Part shown: piece by piece, positions 48,757-61,113 of the stretch
How positions within the stretch are numbered: the first letter of the stretch is position 1
Layout of the letters: the number at the start of each line of letters is the position of its first letter
Assembly (NCBI RefSeq): GCF_011045215.1
Contig: NZ_CP049201.1
Direction: 5' to 3' (one strand)
Origin: Escherichia coli
GTDB taxonomy: Bacteria; Pseudomonadota; Gammaproteobacteria; Enterobacterales; Enterobacteriaceae
DNA: 64,000 nt
Position numbers and translations under genes: made by a program
The notes under the pieces: model-generated
Seen by the model: only the letters and a program-made list of their open reading frames with translations
Databases searched by the model: none
What the model was told of the DNA's origin: nothing

Positions 48757-50037
48757 TTGTTTGACCGTTATGATGCTGGTGAGCAGGCGGTACTGGTACA
48801 CATCTATTTTACGCAAGACAAAGATATGGAAGACCTCCAGGAGTTTGAATCTCTGGTCTCTTCCGCCGGTGTCGAAGCATTGCAGGTGATTACCGGTAGC
48901 CGTAAAGCGCCGCACCCAAAGTATTTTGTAGGTGAAGGTAAAGCAGTTGAAATTGCGGAAGCTGTCAAAGCGACGGGTGCTTCGGTCGTTCTTTTTGACC
49001 ATGCCCTGAGCCCGGCGCAAGAGCGTAACCTGGAGCGTTTGTGCGAGTGTCGTGTTATCGACCGCACCGGCCTTATTTTAGATATTTTCGCCCAACGTGC
49101 GCGTACCCATGAGGGTAAGTTGCAGGTTGAGCTGGCGCAGCTGCGCCATCTGGCTACACGCCTGGTGCGTGGCTGGACCCACCTTGAAAGACAGAAAGGC
49201 GGGATTGGTTTGCGTGGTCCGGGTGAAACCCAGCTCGAAACCGACCGTCGTTTGTTGCGTAATCGCATCGTGCAGATACAGTCGCGCCTGGAAAGAGTTG
49301 AAAAGCAGCGTGAGCAGGGGCGGCAATCGCGTATCAAAGCCGACGTTCCTACTGTTTCGCTGGTGGGATATACCAACGCCGGTAAATCTACCCTTTTCAA
49401 TCGCATCACCGAAGCGCGGGTCTACGCGGCAGACCAGTTGTTTGCCACCCTCGACCCGACGTTGCGGCGTATTGACGTTGCAGATGTCGGTGAAACCGTA
49501 CTTGCAGATACCGTAGGGTTTATTCGCCACCTGCCGCACGATCTGGTGGCAGCATTTAAAGCCACGTTACAAGAGACGCGGCAAGCCACATTGCTGCTGC
49601 ATGTGATTGATGCGGCGGATGTGCGTGTACAAGAAAACATCGAAGCGGTGAATACGGTTCTTGAAGAGATCGACGCTCACGAGATCACAACCCTGCTGGT
49701 GATGAACAAGATCGATATGCTGGAAGATTTCGAACCGCGTATTGATCGGGACGAAGAGAACAAACCGATCCGTGTCTGGCTTTCCGCACAGACCGGAGCG
49801 GGGATACCACAGCTTTTTCAGGCTTTGACGGAGCGGCTTTCCGGCGAGGTGGCGCAGCATACATTGCGTCTGCCACCGCAGGAAGGGCGTCTGAGAAGTC
49901 GTTTTTATCAGCTTCAGGCAATAGAAAAAGAGTGGATGGAGGAGGACGGCAGCGTAAGTCTGCAAGTTCGTATGCCGATCGTTGACTGGCGTCGCCTCTG
50001 TAAACAAGAACCGGCGTTGATCGATTACCTGATCTAA
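48757..50037 (+). CDS. hflX: GTPase HflX (TTG start)
   Basis: G-domain GYTNAGKST; 426 aa. Confidence 0.93.
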   Translation: MFDRYDAGEQAVLVHIYFTQDKDMEDLQEFESLVSSAGVEALQVITGSRKAPHPKYFVGEGKAVEIAEAVKATGASVVLFDHALSPAQERNLERLCECRVIDRTGLILDIFAQRARTHEGKLQVELAQLRHLATRLVRGWTHLERQKGGIGLRGPGETQLETDRRLLRNRIVQIQSRLERVEKQREQGRQSRIKADVPTVSLVGYTNAGKSTLFNRITEARVYAADQLFATLDPTLRRIDVADVGETVLADTVGFIRHLPHDLVAAFKATLQETRQATLLLHVIDAADVRVQENIEAVNTVLEEIDAHEITTLLVMNKIDMLEDFEPRIDRDEENKPIRVWLSAQTGAGIPQLFQALTERLSGEVAQHTLRLPPQEGRLRSRFYQLQAIEKEWMEEDGSVSLQVRMPIVDWRRLCKQEPALIDYLI

Positions 50038-50122
50038 CGGCGTAGCGTCTGAAGCGTGGAGTCATATCCTCTGGCGTCGAAAGACAACAGGGATCACCGC
50101 ATAACAAATATGGAGCACAAAC

Positions 50123-51382
50123 ATGGCGTGGAATCAGCCCGGTAATAACGGACAAGACCGCGACCCGTGGGGAAGCAGCAAACCTGGCGGCAACTCTGAG
50201 GGAAATGGAAACAAAGGCGGTCGCGATCAAGGGCCACCTGATTTAGATGATATCTTCCGCAAACTGAGCAAAAAGCTCGGTGGTCTGGGCGGCGGTAAAG
50301 GCACCGGATCTGGCGGTGGCAGTTCATCGCAAGGCCCGCGCCCGCAGCTTGGCGGTCGTGTCGTTACCATCGCAGCGGCAGCGATTGTCATTATCTGGGC
50401 GGCCAGTGGTTTCTATACCATTAAAGAAGCCGAACGTGGCGTGGTAACACGCTTTGGTAAATTCAGCCATCTGGTTGAGCCGGGTCTGAACTGGAAACCG
50501 ACGTTTATCGACGAAGTCAAACCGGTGAACGTGGAAGCCGTGCGTGAACTGGCCGCTTCTGGTGTGATGCTGACGTCGGACGAGAACGTAGTGCGCGTTG
50601 AGATGAACGTGCAGTACCGCGTCACCAATCCGGAAAAATATCTGTATAGCGTGACCAGCCCGGATGACAGCCTGCGTCAGGCTACCGACAGCGCCCTGCG
50701 TGGAGTTATCGGTAAATACACCATGGACCGCATTCTGACGGAAGGTCGTACCGTGATTCGTAGCGATACTCAGCGCGAACTGGAAGAGACTATCCGCCCG
50801 TATGACATGGGTATCACGCTGCTGGACGTCAACTTCCAGGCTGCTCGTCCGCCGGAAGAAGTAAAAGCGGCGTTTGACGATGCGATTGCCGCGCGTGAAA
50901 ACGAACAGCAATACATTCGTGAAGCAGAAGCGTATACCAACGAAGTTCAGCCGCGTGCGAACGGTCAGGCGCAACGTATCCTCGAAGAGGCGCGTGCGTA
51001 CAAGGCCCAGACCATCCTGGAAGCTCAGGGTGAAGTGGCGCGCTTTGCTAAACTTCTGCCGGAATATAAAGCCGCGCCGGAAATTACTCGCGAGCGTCTG
51101 TATATCGAGACGATGGAAAAAGTGTTGGGTAACACCCGCAAAGTGCTGGTTAACGATAAAGGTGGCAACCTGATGGTTCTGCCGTTAGACCAGATGCTGA
51201 AAGGTGGTAACGCCCCTGCGGCGAAGAGCGATAACGGTGCCAGCAATCTGCTGCGTCTGCCGCCAGCCTCTTCCTCCACAACCAGTGGAGCAAGCAACAC
51301 GTCGTCCACCAGTCAGGGCGATATTATGGACCAACGCCGCGCCAACGCGCAGCGTAACGACTACCAGCGTCAGGGGGAATAA
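50123..51382 (+). CDS. hflK: Membrane protease modulator HflK
   Basis: SPFH/band-7 domain; 419 aa. Confidence 0.93.
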   Translation: MAWNQPGNNGQDRDPWGSSKPGGNSEGNGNKGGRDQGPPDLDDIFRKLSKKLGGLGGGKGTGSGGGSSSQGPRPQLGGRVVTIAAAAIVIIWAASGFYTIKEAERGVVTRFGKFSHLVEPGLNWKPTFIDEVKPVNVEAVRELAASGVMLTSDENVVRVEMNVQYRVTNPEKYLYSVTSPDDSLRQATDSALRGVIGKYTMDRILTEGRTVIRSDTQRELEETIRPYDMGITLLDVNFQAARPPEEVKAAFDDAIAARENEQQYIREAEAYTNEVQPRANGQAQRILEEARAYKAQTILEAQGEVARFAKLLPEYKAAPEITRERLYIETMEKVLGNTRKVLVNDKGGNLMVLPLDQMLKGGNAPAAKSDNGASNLLRLPPASSSTTSGASNTSSTSQGDIMDQRRANAQRNDYQRQGE

Positions 51383-51384
51383 CG

Positions 51385-52389
51385 ATGCGTAAGTCAGTTA
51401 TCGCGATTATCATCATCGTGCTGGTAGTGCTTTACATGTCTGTCTTTGTCGTCAAAGAAGGTGAGCGCGGTATTACGCTGCGTTTTGGTAAGGTACTGCG
51501 TGACGATGACAACAAACCTCTGGTTTATGAGCCGGGTCTGCATTTCAAGATACCGTTCATTGAAACGGTGAAAATGCTCGACGCACGTATTCAGACCATG
51601 GACAACCAGGCCGACCGCTTTGTGACCAAAGAGAAGAAAGACCTGATCGTCGACTCTTACATCAAATGGCGCATCAGCGATTTCAGCCGTTACTACCTGG
51701 CAACGGGTGGTGGCGACATTTCGCAAGCGGAAGTGCTGTTGAAACGTAAGTTCTCTGACCGTCTGCGTTCTGAAATTGGTCGCCTGGACGTGAAAGATAT
51801 CGTCACTGATTCCCGTGGTCGTCTGACCCTCGAAGTACGTGACGCGCTGAACTCCGGTTCTGCGGGTACAGAAGATGAAGTTACTACCCCGGCGGCAGAT
51901 AACGCCATTGCCGAAGCGGCAGAGCGCGTAACGGCTGAGACGAAGGGCAAAGTTCCGGTCATCAACCCGAACAGTATGGCGGCGCTGGGTATTGAAGTTG
52001 TCGATGTGCGTATCAAGCAGATCAACCTGCCGACCGAAGTGTCTGAAGCGATCTACAACCGTATGCGCGCCGAGCGTGAAGCGGTAGCGCGTCGTCACCG
52101 TTCACAAGGTCAGGAAGAAGCGGAAAAACTGCGCGCGACTGCCGACTATGAAGTGACCAGAACGCTGGCAGAAGCTGAGCGTCAGGGCCGTATCATGCGT
52201 GGTGAAGGCGATGCCGAAGCAGCCAAACTGTTTGCTGATGCATTCAGTAAAGATCCGGACTTCTACGCATTCATCCGTAGCCTGCGTGCTTATGAGAACA
52301 GCTTCTCTGGCAATCAGGACGTGATGGTCATGAGCCCGGATAGCGATTTCTTCCGCTACATGAAGACGCCGACTTCCGCAACGCGTTAA
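51385..52389 (+). CDS. hflC: Membrane protease modulator HflC
   Basis: SPFH/band-7 domain; 334 aa. Confidence 0.93.
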   Translation: MRKSVIAIIIIVLVVLYMSVFVVKEGERGITLRFGKVLRDDDNKPLVYEPGLHFKIPFIETVKMLDARIQTMDNQADRFVTKEKKDLIVDSYIKWRISDFSRYYLATGGGDISQAEVLLKRKFSDRLRSEIGRLDVKDIVTDSRGRLTLEVRDALNSGSAGTEDEVTTPAADNAIAEAAERVTAETKGKVPVINPNSMAALGIEVVDVRIKQINLPTEVSEAIYNRMRAEREAVARRHRSQGQEEAEKLRATADYEVTRTLAEAERQGRIMRGEGDAEAAKLFADAFSKDPDFYAFIRSLRAYENSFSGNQDVMVMSPDSDFFRYMKTPTSATR

Positions 52390-52470
52390 TATAACGACTG
52401 CGGTACAGGTCAATAAAGCCACCGCATCCTCAGGGATGTCGGTGGTTTTCTTTTTCTATAAGGATAATGA

Positions 52471-52668
52471 ATGAATTCGACAATCTGGCTGGCGCTTGCC
52501 CTGGTTTTGGTACTGGAAGGTTTAGGGCCGATGCTTTACCCGAAGGCATGGAAGAAGATGATCTCTGCGATGACCAATTTGCCCGATAATATTTTACGTC
52601 GTTTTGGCGGTGGACTTGTGGTTGCGGGCGTTGTGGTCTACTACATGTTGAGGAAAACGATTGGCTGA
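52471..52668 (+). CDS. yjeT: Small membrane protein YjeT
   Basis: 65-aa two-helix membrane protein in K-12 position. Confidence 0.75.
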   Translation: MNSTIWLALALVLVLEGLGPMLYPKAWKKMISAMTNLPDNILRRFGGGLVVAGVVVYYMLRKTIG

Positions 52669-52768
52669 ACAAAAAACAGACTGATCGAGGTCATTTTTGA
52701 GTGCAAAAAGTGCTGTAACTCTGAAAAAGCGATGGTAGAATCCATTTTTAAGCAAACGGTGATTTTGA

Positions 52769-54070
<1,302 letters not shown>

Positions 54071-54274
54071 TTCTGGTACGCCTGGCAGATATTTTGCCTG
54101 CCGGGCTAACAGTGTGATACATTGCTGTGTCGGTTAAGCCATTACGCTATCCGACACAGTGTTAAATCCTCGCTTTTTTCCTTCCCCGAACTGAAATAAA
54201 TTAGCGACACAGCTTGTGGCTGGTTTATCATCAATATAAATGTATTTTTTCCCGATTTCCCTTTTGAGGTTGAT

Positions 54275-54700
54275 GTGCAGTTAACGAGTTTCACTGATTA
54301 CGGATTACGTGCGCTGATCTACATGGCGTCATTGCCAGAAGGGCGGATGACCAGTATTTCTGAAGTGACTGACGTCTACGGCGTCTCCCGTAATCATATG
54401 GTCAAAATAATCAATCAACTTAGTCGTGCCGGCTACGTGACTGCTGTTCGTGGAAAAAATGGCGGCATTCGCCTGGGTAAACCGGCGAGTGCGATACGTA
54501 TTGGTGATGTGGTGCGCGAGCTGGAGCCCTTATCGCTGGTGAATTGCAGCAGTGAGTTTTGCCACATTACACCTGCCTGTAGGTTGAAACAGGCACTTTC
54601 TAAGGCCGTGCAAAGTTTTCTTACGGAACTGGATAACTACACGCTTGCCGATTTGGTTGAAGAGAATCAACCGCTTTATAAATTATTGCTGGTGGAGTGA
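54275..54700 (+). CDS. nsrR: NO-sensing Rrf2-family repressor NsrR
   Basis: [23 protein letters not shown]...; 141 aa. Confidence 0.93.
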
Positions 54701-54738
54701 CGAAAATCTTCATCAGAGATGACAACGGAGGAACCGAG

Positions 54739-57180
54739 ATGTCACAAGATCCTTTCCAGGAACGCGAAGCTGAAAAATACGCGAATCCCATCCCTAGTCG
54801 GGAATTTATCCTCGAACATTTAACCAAACGTGAAAAACCGGCCAGCCGTGATGAGCTGGCGGTAGAACTGCACATTGAAGGCGAAGAGCAGCTTGAAGGC
54901 CTGCGTCGCCGCCTGCGCGCGATGGAGCGCGATGGTCAACTGGTCTTCACTCGTCGTCAGTGCTATGCGCTGCCGGAACGCCTCGACCTGGTGAAAGGTA
55001 CCGTTATTGGCCACCGTGATGGCTACGGCTTTCTGCGGGTTGAAGGGCGTAAAGATGATTTGTATCTCTCCAGCGAGCAGATGAAAACCTGCATTCATGG
55101 CGATCAGGTGCTGGCTCAGCCGCTGGGTGCTGACCGTAAAGGTCGTCGTGAAGCGCGTATTGTCCGCGTACTGGTGCCAAAAACCAGCCAGATTGTTGGT
55201 CGCTACTTTACCGAAGCGGGCGTCGGCTTTGTGGTTCCTGACGACAGCCGTCTGAGCTTCGATATCTTAATCCCGCCCGATCAGATCATGGGCGCGCGGA
55301 TGGGCTTTGTGGTCGTAGTCGAACTGACTCAGCGTCCGACTCGCCGCACCAAAGCGGTGGGTAAAATCGTCGAAGTCCTTGGCGATAATATGGGCACCGG
55401 CATGGCGGTTGATATCGCTCTGCGTACCCATGAAATTCCGTACATCTGGCCGCAGGCTGTTGAGCAACAGGTTGCCGGGCTGAAAGAAGAAGTGCCGGAA
55501 GAAGCAAAAGCGGGCCGTGTTGATCTGCGCGATTTACCGCTGGTCACCATTGATGGCGAAGACGCCCGTGATTTTGACGATGCAGTTTACTGCGAGAAAA
55601 AACGCGGCGGCGGCTGGCGTTTATGGGTCGCGATTGCTGACGTCAGCTACTATGTGCGTCCGCCAACGCCGCTGGACAGAGAAGCGCGTAACCGTGGCAC
55701 GTCGGTGTACTTCCCTTCGCAGGTTATCCCGATGCTGCCGGAAGTGCTCTCTAACGGCCTGTGTTCGCTCAACCCGCAGGTAGACCGCCTGTGTATGGTG
55801 TGCGAGATGACGGTTTCGTCGAAAGGCCGCCTGACTGGCTACAAATTCTACGAAGCGGTGATGAGCTCTCACGCGCGTCTGACCTACACCAAAGTCTGGC
55901 ATATTCTGCAGGGCGATCAGGATCTGCGCGAGCAGTACGCCCCGCTGGTTAAGCATCTCGAAGAGTTGCATAACCTCTATAAAGTGCTGGATAAAGCCCG
56001 TGAAGAACGCGGCGGGATCTCATTTGAGAGCGAAGAAGCGAAGTTCATTTTCAACGCTGAACGCCGTATTGAACGTATCGAACAGACTCAGCGTAACGAC
56101 GCACACAAGTTAATTGAAGAGTGCATGATTCTGGCGAATATCTCGGCGGCGCGTTTCGTTGAGAAAGCGAAAGAACCGGCACTGTTCCGTATTCACGACA
56201 AGCCGAGCACCGAAGCGATTACCTCTTTCCGTTCAGTGCTGGCGGAGCTGGGGCTGGAACTGCCGGGCGGTAACAAGCCGGAACCGCGTGACTACGCGGA
56301 GCTGCTGGAGTCGGTTGCCGATCGTCCTGATGCAGAAATGCTGCAAACCATGCTGCTGCGCTCGATGAAACAGGCGATTTACGATCCAGAAAACCGTGGT
56401 CACTTTGGCCTGGCATTGCAGTCCTATGCGCACTTTACTTCGCCGATTCGTCGTTATCCAGACCTGACGCTGCACCGCGCCATTAAATATCTGCTGGCGA
56501 AAGAGCAGGGGCATCAGGGTAACACCACTGAAACCGGCGGCTACCATTATTCGATGGAAGAGATGCTGCAACTGGGTCAGCACTGTTCGATGGCAGAACG
56601 TCGTGCCGACGAAGCAACGCGCGATGTGGCTGACTGGCTGAAGTGTGACTTCATGCTCGACCAGGTAGGTAACGTCTTTAAAGGCGTAATTTCCAGCGTC
56701 ACTGGCTTTGGCTTCTTCGTCCGTCTGGACGACTTGTTCATTGATGGTCTGGTCCATGTCTCTTCGCTGGACAATGACTACTATCGCTTTGACCAGGTAG
56801 GGCAACGCCTGATGGGTGAATCCAGCGGCCAGACTTATCGCCTGGGCGATCGCGTGGAAGTTCGCGTCGAAGCGGTTAATATGGACGAGCGCAAAATCGA
56901 CTTTAGCCTGATCTCCAGCGAACGCGCACCGCGCAACGTCGGTAAAACGGCGCGCGAGAAAGCGAAAAAAGGCGATGCAGGTAAAAAAGGCGGCAAGCGT
57001 CGTCAGGTCGGTAAAAAGGTAAACTTTGAGCCAGACAGCGCCTTCCGCGGTGAGAAAAAAACGAAGCCGAAAGCAGCGAAGAAAGACGCGAGAAAAGCGA
57101 AAAAGCCATCGGCGAAAACGCAGAAAATAGCTGCAGCGACCAAAGCGAAGCGTGCGGCGAAGAAAAAAGTGGCAGAGTGA
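54739..57180 (+). CDS. rnr: Ribonuclease R
   Basis: Start [20 protein letters not shown]; RNB domain; Lys-rich C-terminal tail. Confidence 0.95.
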   Translation: MSQDPFQEREAEKYANPIPSREFILEHLTKREKPASRDELAVELHIEGEEQLEGLRRRLRAMERDGQLVFTRRQCYALPERLDLVKGTVIGHRDGYGFLRVEGRKDDLYLSSEQMKTCIHGDQVLAQPLGADRKGRREARIVRVLVPKTSQIVGRYFTEAGVGFVVPDDSRLSFDILIPPDQIMGARMGFVVVVELTQRPTRRTKAVGKIVEVLGDNMGTGMAVDIALRTHEIPYIWPQAVEQQVAGLKEEVPEEAKAGRVDLRDLPLVTIDGEDARDFDDAVYCEKKRGGGWRLWVAIADVSYYVRPPTPLDREARNRGTSVYFPSQVIPMLPEVLSNGLCSLNPQVDRLCMVCEMTVSSKGRLTGYKFYEAVMSSHARLTYTKVWHILQGDQDLREQYAPLVKHLEELHNLYKVLDKAREERGGISFESEEAKFIFNAERRIERIEQTQRNDAHKLIEECMILANISAARFVEKAKEPALFRIHDKPSTEAITSFRSVLAELGLELPGGNKPEPRDYAELLESVADRPDAEMLQTMLLRSMKQAIYDPENRGHFGLALQSYAHFTSPIRRYPDLTLHRAIKYLLAKEQGHQGNTTETGGYHYSMEEMLQLGQHCSMAERRADEATRDVADWLKCDFMLDQVGNVFKGVISSVTGFGFFVRLDDLFIDGLVHVSSLDNDYYRFDQVGQRLMGESSGQTYRLGDRVEVRVEAVNMDERKIDFSLISSERAPRNVGKTAREKAKKGDAGKKGGKRRQVGKKVNFEPDSAFRGEKKTKPKAAKKDARKAKKPSAKTQKIAAATKAKRAAKKKVAE

Positions 57181-57237
57181 TCATTGCCCTCTTCAAACAG
57201 AAGAGGGTTAGATTGCTGACAAAATGCGCTTTGTTCA

Positions 57238-57337
57238 TGCCGGATGCGGCGTGAACGCCTTATCCGGCCTACATAATCACGCAAATTCAATATATTGCAG
57301 GGATCATGTAGACCGGATAAACGTAGTGCATCAGGCA
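57238..57337. repeat. REP/BIME palindromic elements
   Basis: TGCCGGATGCGGCGTGAACGCCTTATCCGGCCTACA plus inverted partner. Confidence 0.7.
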
Positions 57338-57360
57338 AAACGTAAACAACGAGTACATTA

Positions 57361-58092
57361 ATGAGCGAAATGATTTACGGCATCCACGCAGTGCAGGCCC
57401 TGCTGGAGCGCGCCCCTGAACGTTTTCAGGAAGTCTTTATTTTAAAAGGCCGTGAAGATAAACGTCTGTTACCGCTGATTCACGCCCTTGAGTCTCAGGG
57501 CGTGGTTATCCAGTTGGCAAACCGCCAATATCTCGACGAGAAAAGCGACGGTGCCGTGCATCAGGGCATTATCGCCCGCGTGAAGCCAGGACGTCAGTAT
57601 CAGGAAAACGATCTGCCGGATCTGATCGCTTCGCTCGATCAACCGTTCCTGCTGATCCTCGACGGTGTAACCGATCCGCACAACCTCGGCGCGTGCCTGC
57701 GTAGCGCGGACGCTGCTGGCGTTCACGCGGTGATTGTGCCGAAAGATCGCTCCGCACAGCTCAACGCCACGGCGAAAAAAGTAGCCTGCGGCGCGGCAGA
57801 AAGCGTTCCACTGATTCGGGTGACTAACCTTGCGCGCACCATGCGTATGTTGCAGGAAGAGAATATCTGGATCGTCGGTACGGCAGGTGAGGCGGATCAT
57901 ACGCTTTATCAAAGCAAAATGACCGGACGCCTGGCGCTGGTGATGGGCGCGGAAGGTGAAGGTATGCGTCGCCTGACCCGTGAACATTGCGATGAGTTGA
58001 TCAGCATCCCAATGGCAGGAAGTGTTTCTTCCCTGAACGTTTCGGTTGCAACCGGAATTTGCTTATTTGAAGCGGTGCGTCAGCGCAGCTAG
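57361..58092 (+). CDS. rlmB: 23S rRNA (Gm2251) 2'-O-methyltransferase RlmB
   Basis: SpoU/TrmH family; 243 aa. Confidence 0.93.
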
Positions 58093-58110
58093 TTCCTCTG
58101 AATTATGAAA

Positions 58111-58139
58111 AGCCATCCAGATTTGGATGGCTTTTTTTT
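58111..58139 (+). terminator. rlmB rho-independent terminator
   Basis: AGCCATCCA..TGGATGGCT hairpin followed by T8. Confidence 0.65.
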
Positions 58140-58218
58140 GTCTATAGCTGGTAAGATAATTACGTACTGCAAATATTCATTTTATTAATATTTAAACTAA
58201 ATCTATATGGAATAATAT

Positions 58219-58620
58219 ATGACATGGAATCCGTTGGCGCTGGCGACGGCGCTGCAAACTGTACCTGAACAAAATATTGATGTAACAAATAGCGATAACG
58301 CATTAATTATTAAAATGAATGATTATGGCGATTTGCAAATCAATATTCTTTTTACTTCCCGCCAAATGATTATCGAAACCTTTATTTGTCCGGTAAGTAG
58401 TATCAGCAATCCAGATGAATTTAATACCTTCTTATTAAGAAATCAGAAGATGATGCCGTTGTCATCGGTAGGAATCTCCAGCGTGCAACAGGAAGAGTAT
58501 TACATTGTTTTCGGGGCGTTATCGCTTAAATCTTCTCTTGAAGATATCCTGCTTGAGATAACCTCGCTGGTAGATAACGCATTGGATCTGGCTGAAATTA
58601 CAGAAGAATATTCACACTAA
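58219..58620 (+). CDS. yjfI: Uncharacterised protein YjfI
   Basis: 133-aa ORF, first gene of the yjfIJKLMC cluster. Confidence 0.8.
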   Translation: MTWNPLALATALQTVPEQNIDVTNSDNALIIKMNDYGDLQINILFTSRQMIIETFICPVSSISNPDEFNTFLLRNQKMMPLSSVGISSVQQEEYYIVFGALSLKSSLEDILLEITSLVDNALDLAEITEEYSH

Positions 58621-58638
58621 TTACAAGGACGGGTATTT

Positions 58639-59337
58639 ATGGGAATTTTAAAAAGTTTATTCACGCTGGGGAAATCGTTTATCTCCCAGGCGGAAGAGTC
58701 CATTGAAGAAACCCAGGGCGTGCGCATGCTGGAACAGCATATTCGTGACGCTAAAGCTGAACTCGATAAAGCCGGAAAATCTCGCGTCGATCTGCTGGCG
58801 CGGGTGAAATTAAGTCACGATAAGCTGAAAGATTTACGTGAGCGCAAAGCCAGTCTGGAAGCCCGTGCGCTGGAAGCGTTAAGCAAGAACGTTAATCCGT
58901 CGTTGATTAACGAAGTTGCTGAAGAAATCGCGCGCCTTGAGAATCTCATTACCGCTGAAGAGCAAGTGTTGTCGAATCTGGAAGTCTCCCGTGATGGCGT
59001 GGAAAAAGCAGTTGCAGCGACAGCGCAGCGTATCGCTCAGTTTGAGCAGCAAATGGAAGTCGTTAAAGCCACTGAAGCCATGCAGCGTGCACAACAGGCT
59101 GTAACGACTTCTACCGTTGGCGCATCTTCCAGCGTTTCGACAGCAGCAGAATCCTTAAAACGCCTGCAAACGCGTCAGGCCGAACGTCAGGCTCGCCTGG
59201 ATGCTGCCGCACAGTTAGAAAAAGTCGCAGACGGTCGCGACCTTGACGAAAAGCTGGCGGAAGCCGGAATTGGCGGTAGCAATAAAAGTAGCGCCCAGGA
59301 TGTATTAGCAAGACTGCAACGCCAACAGGGCGAGTAA
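58639..59337 (+). CDS. yjfJ: PspA/IM30-family protein YjfJ
   Basis: Coiled-coil-rich 232-aa protein. Confidence 0.8.
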   Translation: MGILKSLFTLGKSFISQAEESIEETQGVRMLEQHIRDAKAELDKAGKSRVDLLARVKLSHDKLKDLRERKASLEARALEALSKNVNPSLINEVAEEIARLENLITAEEQVLSNLEVSRDGVEKAVAATAQRIAQFEQQMEVVKATEAMQRAQQAVTTSTVGASSSVSTAAESLKRLQTRQAERQARLDAAAQLEKVADGRDLDEKLAEAGIGGSNKSSAQDVLARLQRQQGE

Positions 59338-59387
59338 TTTTTTTGCCAGCCTCACTGCAAGGCTGGCAACTATTTTAAGGATAAAAT

Positions 59388-60047
59388 ATGTCTGGTTTTT
59401 TCCAGCGTCTGTTTGGCAAGGATAATAAGCCTGCTATCGCTCGCGGTCCGCTGGGACTTCATCTCAATAGTGGCTTTACGCTCGACACGTTAGCGTTTCG
59501 TTTGCTGGAAGATGAATTGCTGATTGCGCTGCCGGGTGAGGAATTTACGGTAGCCGCTGTCAGCCACATCGATCTGGGCGGCGGTAGTCAGATTTTCCGC
59601 TACTACACTTCAGGCGATGAGTTTCTGCAAATCAATACCACCGGCGGCGAAGATATTGATGACATTGATGATATCAAGCTCTTTGTCTATGAAGAGAGCT
59701 ACGGTATCAGTAAAGAGAGTCACTGGCGCGAGGCGATCAACGCCAAAACGATGGGGGCAATGACCTTAAACTGGCAGGAAAAACGCTGGCAGCGATTTTT
59801 TAACAGCGAAGAACCGGGAAATATCGAACCCGTCTACATGCTGGAAAAAGTAGAAAATCAAAATCATGCTAAATGGGAAGTCCATAATTTTACCATGGGC
59901 TACCAGCGGCAAGTGACCGAAGATACTTACGAATATTTGCTGCTAAATGGTGAGGAATCTTTTAACGATCTCGGCGAGCCAGAGTGGTTATTTTCGCGCG
60001 CGTTGGGTGTCGATATCCCGCTGACATCACTTCATATTATTGGTTAA
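59388..60047 (+). CDS. yjfK: Uncharacterised protein YjfK
   Basis: 219 aa. Confidence 0.8.
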   Translation: MSGFFQRLFGKDNKPAIARGPLGLHLNSGFTLDTLAFRLLEDELLIALPGEEFTVAAVSHIDLGGGSQIFRYYTSGDEFLQINTTGGEDIDDIDDIKLFVYEESYGISKESHWREAINAKTMGAMTLNWQEKRWQRFFNSEEPGNIEPVYMLEKVENQNHAKWEVHNFTMGYQRQVTEDTYEYLLLNGEESFNDLGEPEWLFSRALGVDIPLTSLHIIG

Positions 60048-60064
60048 TTACAAGGACGTTTACA

Positions 60065-60463
60065 ATGCATATACTGGATTCACTTCTTGCCTTTAGTGCC
60101 TATTTTTTTATTGGCGTGGCGATGGTGATTATTTTTCTGTTTATCTACTCCAAAATTACACCGCACAACGAATGGCAGTTAATCAAAAACAATAATACCG
60201 CGGCGTCACTGGCATTCAGCGGTACATTGTTGGGTTACGTGATCCCCTTATCCAGTGCGGCAATCAATGCGGTGAGTATTCCAGACTATTTCGCCTGGGG
60301 CGGGATTGCACTGGTGATTCAGTTACTCGTTTTTGCTGGTGTCAGACTTTATATGCCCGCATTAAGCGAAAAAATTATTAATCACAATACCGCAGCAGGA
60401 ATGTTTATGGGAACCGCCGCGCTGGCTGGCGGTATTTTTAACGCAGCTTGTATGACATGGTAA
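60065..60463 (+). CDS. yjfL: Inner-membrane protein YjfL
   Basis: Start MHILDSLLAFSAYFFIGVAMV; ORF-track N-extension rejected. Confidence 0.8.
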   Translation: MHILDSLLAFSAYFFIGVAMVIIFLFIYSKITPHNEWQLIKNNNTAASLAFSGTLLGYVIPLSSAAINAVSIPDYFAWGGIALVIQLLVFAGVRLYMPALSEKIINHNTAAGMFMGTAALAGGIFNAACMTW

Positions 60464-60472
60464 TGGACGATC

Positions 60473-61111
60473 ATGGCCAGAAAACGCAAATCAAGAAATA
60501 ACAGTAAAATTGGTCACGGAGCGATCAGTCGCATTGGTAGACCGAATAATCCTTTTGAACCGCGTCGCAATCGCTACGCACAAAAATACTTAACGTTGGC
60601 GCTAATGGGCGGTGCCGCTTTTTTAATAGTCAAAGGATGGAGTGAAAGTAGCGATGTCGATAACGACGGCGACGGAACGTTTTACTCGACTGTGCAGGAT
60701 TGTATTGATGACGGTAATAATGCCGACATTTGCGCGCGTGGCTGGAACAACGCCAAAGCAGCATTTTATGCCGATGTTCCGAAGAATATGACTCAGCAGA
60801 ATTGTCAGTCTAAGTACGAAAATTGCTACTACGACAACGTTGAACAGAGTTGGATCCCGGTCGTTTCTGGATTTTTGTTAAGCCGGGTTATTCGTAAAGA
60901 TCGCGATGAGCAGTTTGTTTATAACAGCGGCGGATCCTCATTTGCTTCCCGCCCCGTCTGGCGCAACACTTCTGGTGATTACTCCTGGCGCTCCGGTTCT
61001 GGCAAAAAAGAGTCTTACTCTTCAGGCGGCTTTACCACCAAAAAAGCGTCAACCGTTTCTCGCGGCGGCTATGGTCGTTCTTCCAGCGCCCGTGGGCATT
61101 GGGGAGGCTAA
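60473..61111 (+). CDS. yjfM: Uncharacterised protein YjfM
   Basis: 212 aa. Confidence 0.8.
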   Translation: MARKRKSRNNSKIGHGAISRIGRPNNPFEPRRNRYAQKYLTLALMGGAAFLIVKGWSESSDVDNDGDGTFYSTVQDCIDDGNNADICARGWNNAKAAFYADVPKNMTQQNCQSKYENCYYDNVEQSWIPVVSGFLLSRVIRKDRDEQFVYNSGGSSFASRPVWRNTSGDYSWRSGSGKKESYSSGGFTTKKASTVSRGGYGRSSSARGHWGG

Positions 61112-61113
61112 TC